From Promethearchaeati archaeon (GTDB taxonomy: Archaea; Asgardarchaeota; Heimdallarchaeia; JABLTI01), in contig JABLTI010000048.1 in the NCBI GenBank assembly GCA_013166835.1, positions 1 to 18,024 of the forward strand: a stretch of 18,024 nt of DNA, written 5' to 3'. The stretch's first letter is position 1. Each line of letters opens with the position of its first letter. The position numbers were made by a program, and so were the translations under genes. Shown here piece by piece: positions 16,010-18,024 of the stretch. The notes under the pieces were generated by a model, which saw only the letters and a list, made by a program, of their open reading frames with translations, was not told where the DNA came from and searched no databases.

Positions 16010-17197
16010 TTGTCAAATTCATCGTTGTACCAATATGCATCTAAATATGCACAAAAAGCATATGATCAAGATAAAGCTGGAAATTATAAAGCAGCTCATC
16101 AAAATTATTTGAAAGCTGCGGAAGTTCTTCAACAGCTTATTGGTTTTACAAGTAATCCCCAATTAAAGAATATGTACTATATTAAAGCTAAAGAGTACCT
16201 CGCACGTGCTTCTGAATTGAAAGATCAAGGATTACAGAGAGTAGATAGTGGAGGAAGAAAGAAAGGTTCTAAAAAAAGTAGCAAAAAAGGTCCTGATTCC
16301 GATACTGATGAAGAAGAGGATGAATTAGAAGAAGCAATTTCTGAAATAATTGTTGTTGAAAAACCAAATGTGAAGATGAGTCAAGTAGCAGGATTAGAAG
16401 AAGCGAAAAGAGCTTTGAGAGAAGCAATCATCCTTCCTATGAAACGTCCTGATTTATTTAAAGGAGCAAGAAATCCTTGGAGAGGAATTTTACTTTTTGG
16501 TGCACCTGGTACTGGCAAAACACTATTAGCTAGAGCTGTTGCTACTGAAGTAGATGCAACTTTCTTTAATGTAAGTGCATCTAGCATCATTTCAAAGTGG
16601 TTAGGGGAATCAGAAAAATTGGTCACACAATTATTTGAAACAGCTATTGATAAACAACCATCATTGATTTTCATTGATGAAGTAGATAGTATTGCTTCTG
16701 CTCGTGGTGGAGGAGAGCACGATGCTATGCGCCGTGTGAAAACCACATTAATGACACAAATGGATGGAGTAACTACAAAGAAAGAAGATCGAATTGTGGT
16801 CATTGGTGCAACAAACCTTCCATGGGAATTAGATCCTGCTTTTAGAAGCAGATTCGAAAAGAGAATTTATATCAACTTGCCTGATTTACCAGCAAGATCA
16901 AAAATCTTCGAAATCCACACGAAGGGTGTAGAATGTGATGCGTCTGTTGATTTTAGTTTGCTAGGTGAAACTAGCGAAGGTTATTCAGGACGTGACATTC
17001 AGATGCTTTGTCGTGAAGCTGTGATGATGCCTGTCAGAGAATTAGATATATCTGGAGCTTTAGATAATCCCGATATTAAAGCAAGAAATGTTATTATGCA
17101 AGATTTCATAACAGCAATGGAAAAAATTAAACCAAGTGTAGCTCCCGAAGAATTATTACGTCATCGTGGTTGGGCAGAAGAATTCGGAAGCATGTAG
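16010..17197 (+). CDS. vps4: Vps4-like AAA+ ATPase with N-terminal MIT domain (ESCRT-III disassembly ATPase)
   Basis: MIT domain (KAYDQDKAGNYKAAHQNY...KAKEYLARASELK), EKPNVK...VAGLEEAK..LREAIILP, Walker A GAPGTGKT, pore loop SKWLGESEK, Walker B FIDEVD, GATNLPWELD, GYSGRDI and C-terminal EEFG. Confidence 0.93.
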   Translation: MSNSSLYQYASKYAQKAYDQDKAGNYKAAHQNYLKAAEVLQQLIGFTSNPQLKNMYYIKAKEYLARASELKDQGLQRVDSGGRKKGSKKSSKKGPDSDTDEEEDELEEAISEIIVVEKPNVKMSQVAGLEEAKRALREAIILPMKRPDLFKGARNPWRGILLFGAPGTGKTLLARAVATEVDATFFNVSASSIISKWLGESEKLVTQLFETAIDKQPSLIFIDEVDSIASARGGGEHDAMRRVKTTLMTQMDGVTTKKEDRIVVIGATNLPWELDPAFRSRFEKRIYINLPDLPARSKIFEIHTKGVECDASVDFSLLGETSEGYSGRDIQMLCREAVMMPVRELDISGALDNPDIKARNVIMQDFITAMEKIKPSVAPEELLRHRGWAEEFGSM

Positions 17198-17322
17198 TAA
17201 TTCTAATACAAAGCAAACATAAAAACAAAACTCCGTAAGAATGAAACAACGGTTAAACTAAAAAATAAGATAGAATTAAATAAAATGACAGTGTGTGAAT
17301 AATATCTCAGTGGGATAGTTAT

Positions 17323-18024
17323 ATGTCAGTTAGAGAAAAGAAACCAAAATCTAAACCAAAGAAGAAGGAGAAATCCGGTTCTGTGAAGGAGAAGGTTAAA
17401 GAGAAAACTGAAGTTAAACCCACGAAAGAAACTAAAACTGAGACAAAACCTCCACGAGAAGCTACCGTTACTATTTCTTTAATAGAAAATCCTGTTACAA
17501 CAGAAGAGAAAATCTATAATGCTATGCTAAGGATTGAACAACTAATTCAATCAGATGTAGCAATATCTCGAGAGGATTTGTTCGATTTAGGACAAGATAT
17601 TGAAAGACAATTGAAAGAAATTCTGCCTGAATGGATAGATAAACCTTGGATGTATGTGACTCCAGAACACCAAAAACAACTGGATTCTTGGTGCTCTGAT
17701 TGGTCGAATTTTATCATAGAATATGCTCGAATTAATATCAAACATATCATTCACATTGAAGAGGAACGATCTAAATATCCATTCAACAACAAACAAACTA
17801 AGAAGAAATTAGATAGAGAGCAATTACAAGAAATTGGCGATTACATTGTAGCCCAAGAGATGGGAATTTGGTGGGATAAAAAGAAAATCCGACTTCGACT
17901 TTATTGGCGCACTCTTGATGAATGGGCAGATATTATTTATGAATGGAGTATTAAAACTGGTCGAGCTGCTGGTGCTGAGAGAGTCATGACTATTATTGAT
18001 ATTCAAGAAGCAGGTCAAACTTGG
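17323..18024 (+). CDS. vps25: ESCRT-II Vps25-like protein with ~100-aa N-terminal extension (3'-truncated; absent from the ORF track)
   Basis: Translated by hand: ATG 17323, 234 codons with no stop to the window end. QKQLDSWCS, YPFNNKQTKKKL and WWDKKKIRLRLYWRTLDEWADIIYEW parallel human VPS25 as I recall it (QKQLAAWCS, PLFNNVKLQRKL, WLDKSKSSFLIMWRRPEEWGKLIYQW). Confidence 0.9.
   Translation, partial: MSVREKKPKSKPKKKEKSGSVKEKVKEKTEVKPTKETKTETKPPREATVTISLIENPVTTEEKIYNAMLRIEQLIQSDVAISREDLFDLGQDIERQLKEILPEWIDKPWMYVTPEHQKQLDSWCSDWSNFIIEYARINIKHIIHIEEERSKYPFNNKQTKKKLDREQLQEIGDYIVAQEMGIWWDKKKIRLRLYWRTLDEWADIIYEWSIKTGRAAGAERVMTIIDIQEAGQTW

Noticed and set aside
16381-18018. Minus-strand ORFs 16381..16803, 17547..17750, 17587..17796 and 17824..18018
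   Set aside because: Antisense to vps4 and to the + strand vps25-like frame.
1-18024. tRNA, rRNA, CRISPR arrays, transposases or integrases
   Set aside because: Intergenic gaps are short (under 300 nt) and AT-rich; by eye I saw no cloverleaf, periodic repeat array or recombinase motif.

Overview
AT-rich, gene-dense archaeal window, very likely from an Asgard archaeon (inferred from a eukaryote-like MIT-domain Vps4 next to an ESCRT-II Vps25 homologue, plus eL33/L35Ae, hdrCB and a long TPR protein). From left to right it holds: the end of an Fe-S gene followed by hdrC-hdrB; a minus-strand run of threonine aldolase, extended SDR and HAD hydrolase; an Lrp/AsnC-TRASH regulator and a second HAD; a small Cys-rich protein with a beta-thymosin/WH2-like N-terminus; an M20 amidohydrolase, a MazG-like pyrophosphatase and a TPR protein; a coiled-coil/PEVK-rich protein; eL33 with a histone-H1-like extension; a 4-TM protein with a C-terminal HEPN-like domain; glycerate 2-kinase; vps4; and a 3'-truncated vps25-like gene (17323..>18024) that the ORF track missed. 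The most promising novelties are the thymosin/WH2-like metal-binding microprotein, the membrane-anchored HEPN protein and the N-terminally extended Vps25. No RNA genes, CRISPR arrays or mobile elements were seen. All family calls come from motif recognition by eye, not from database searches.
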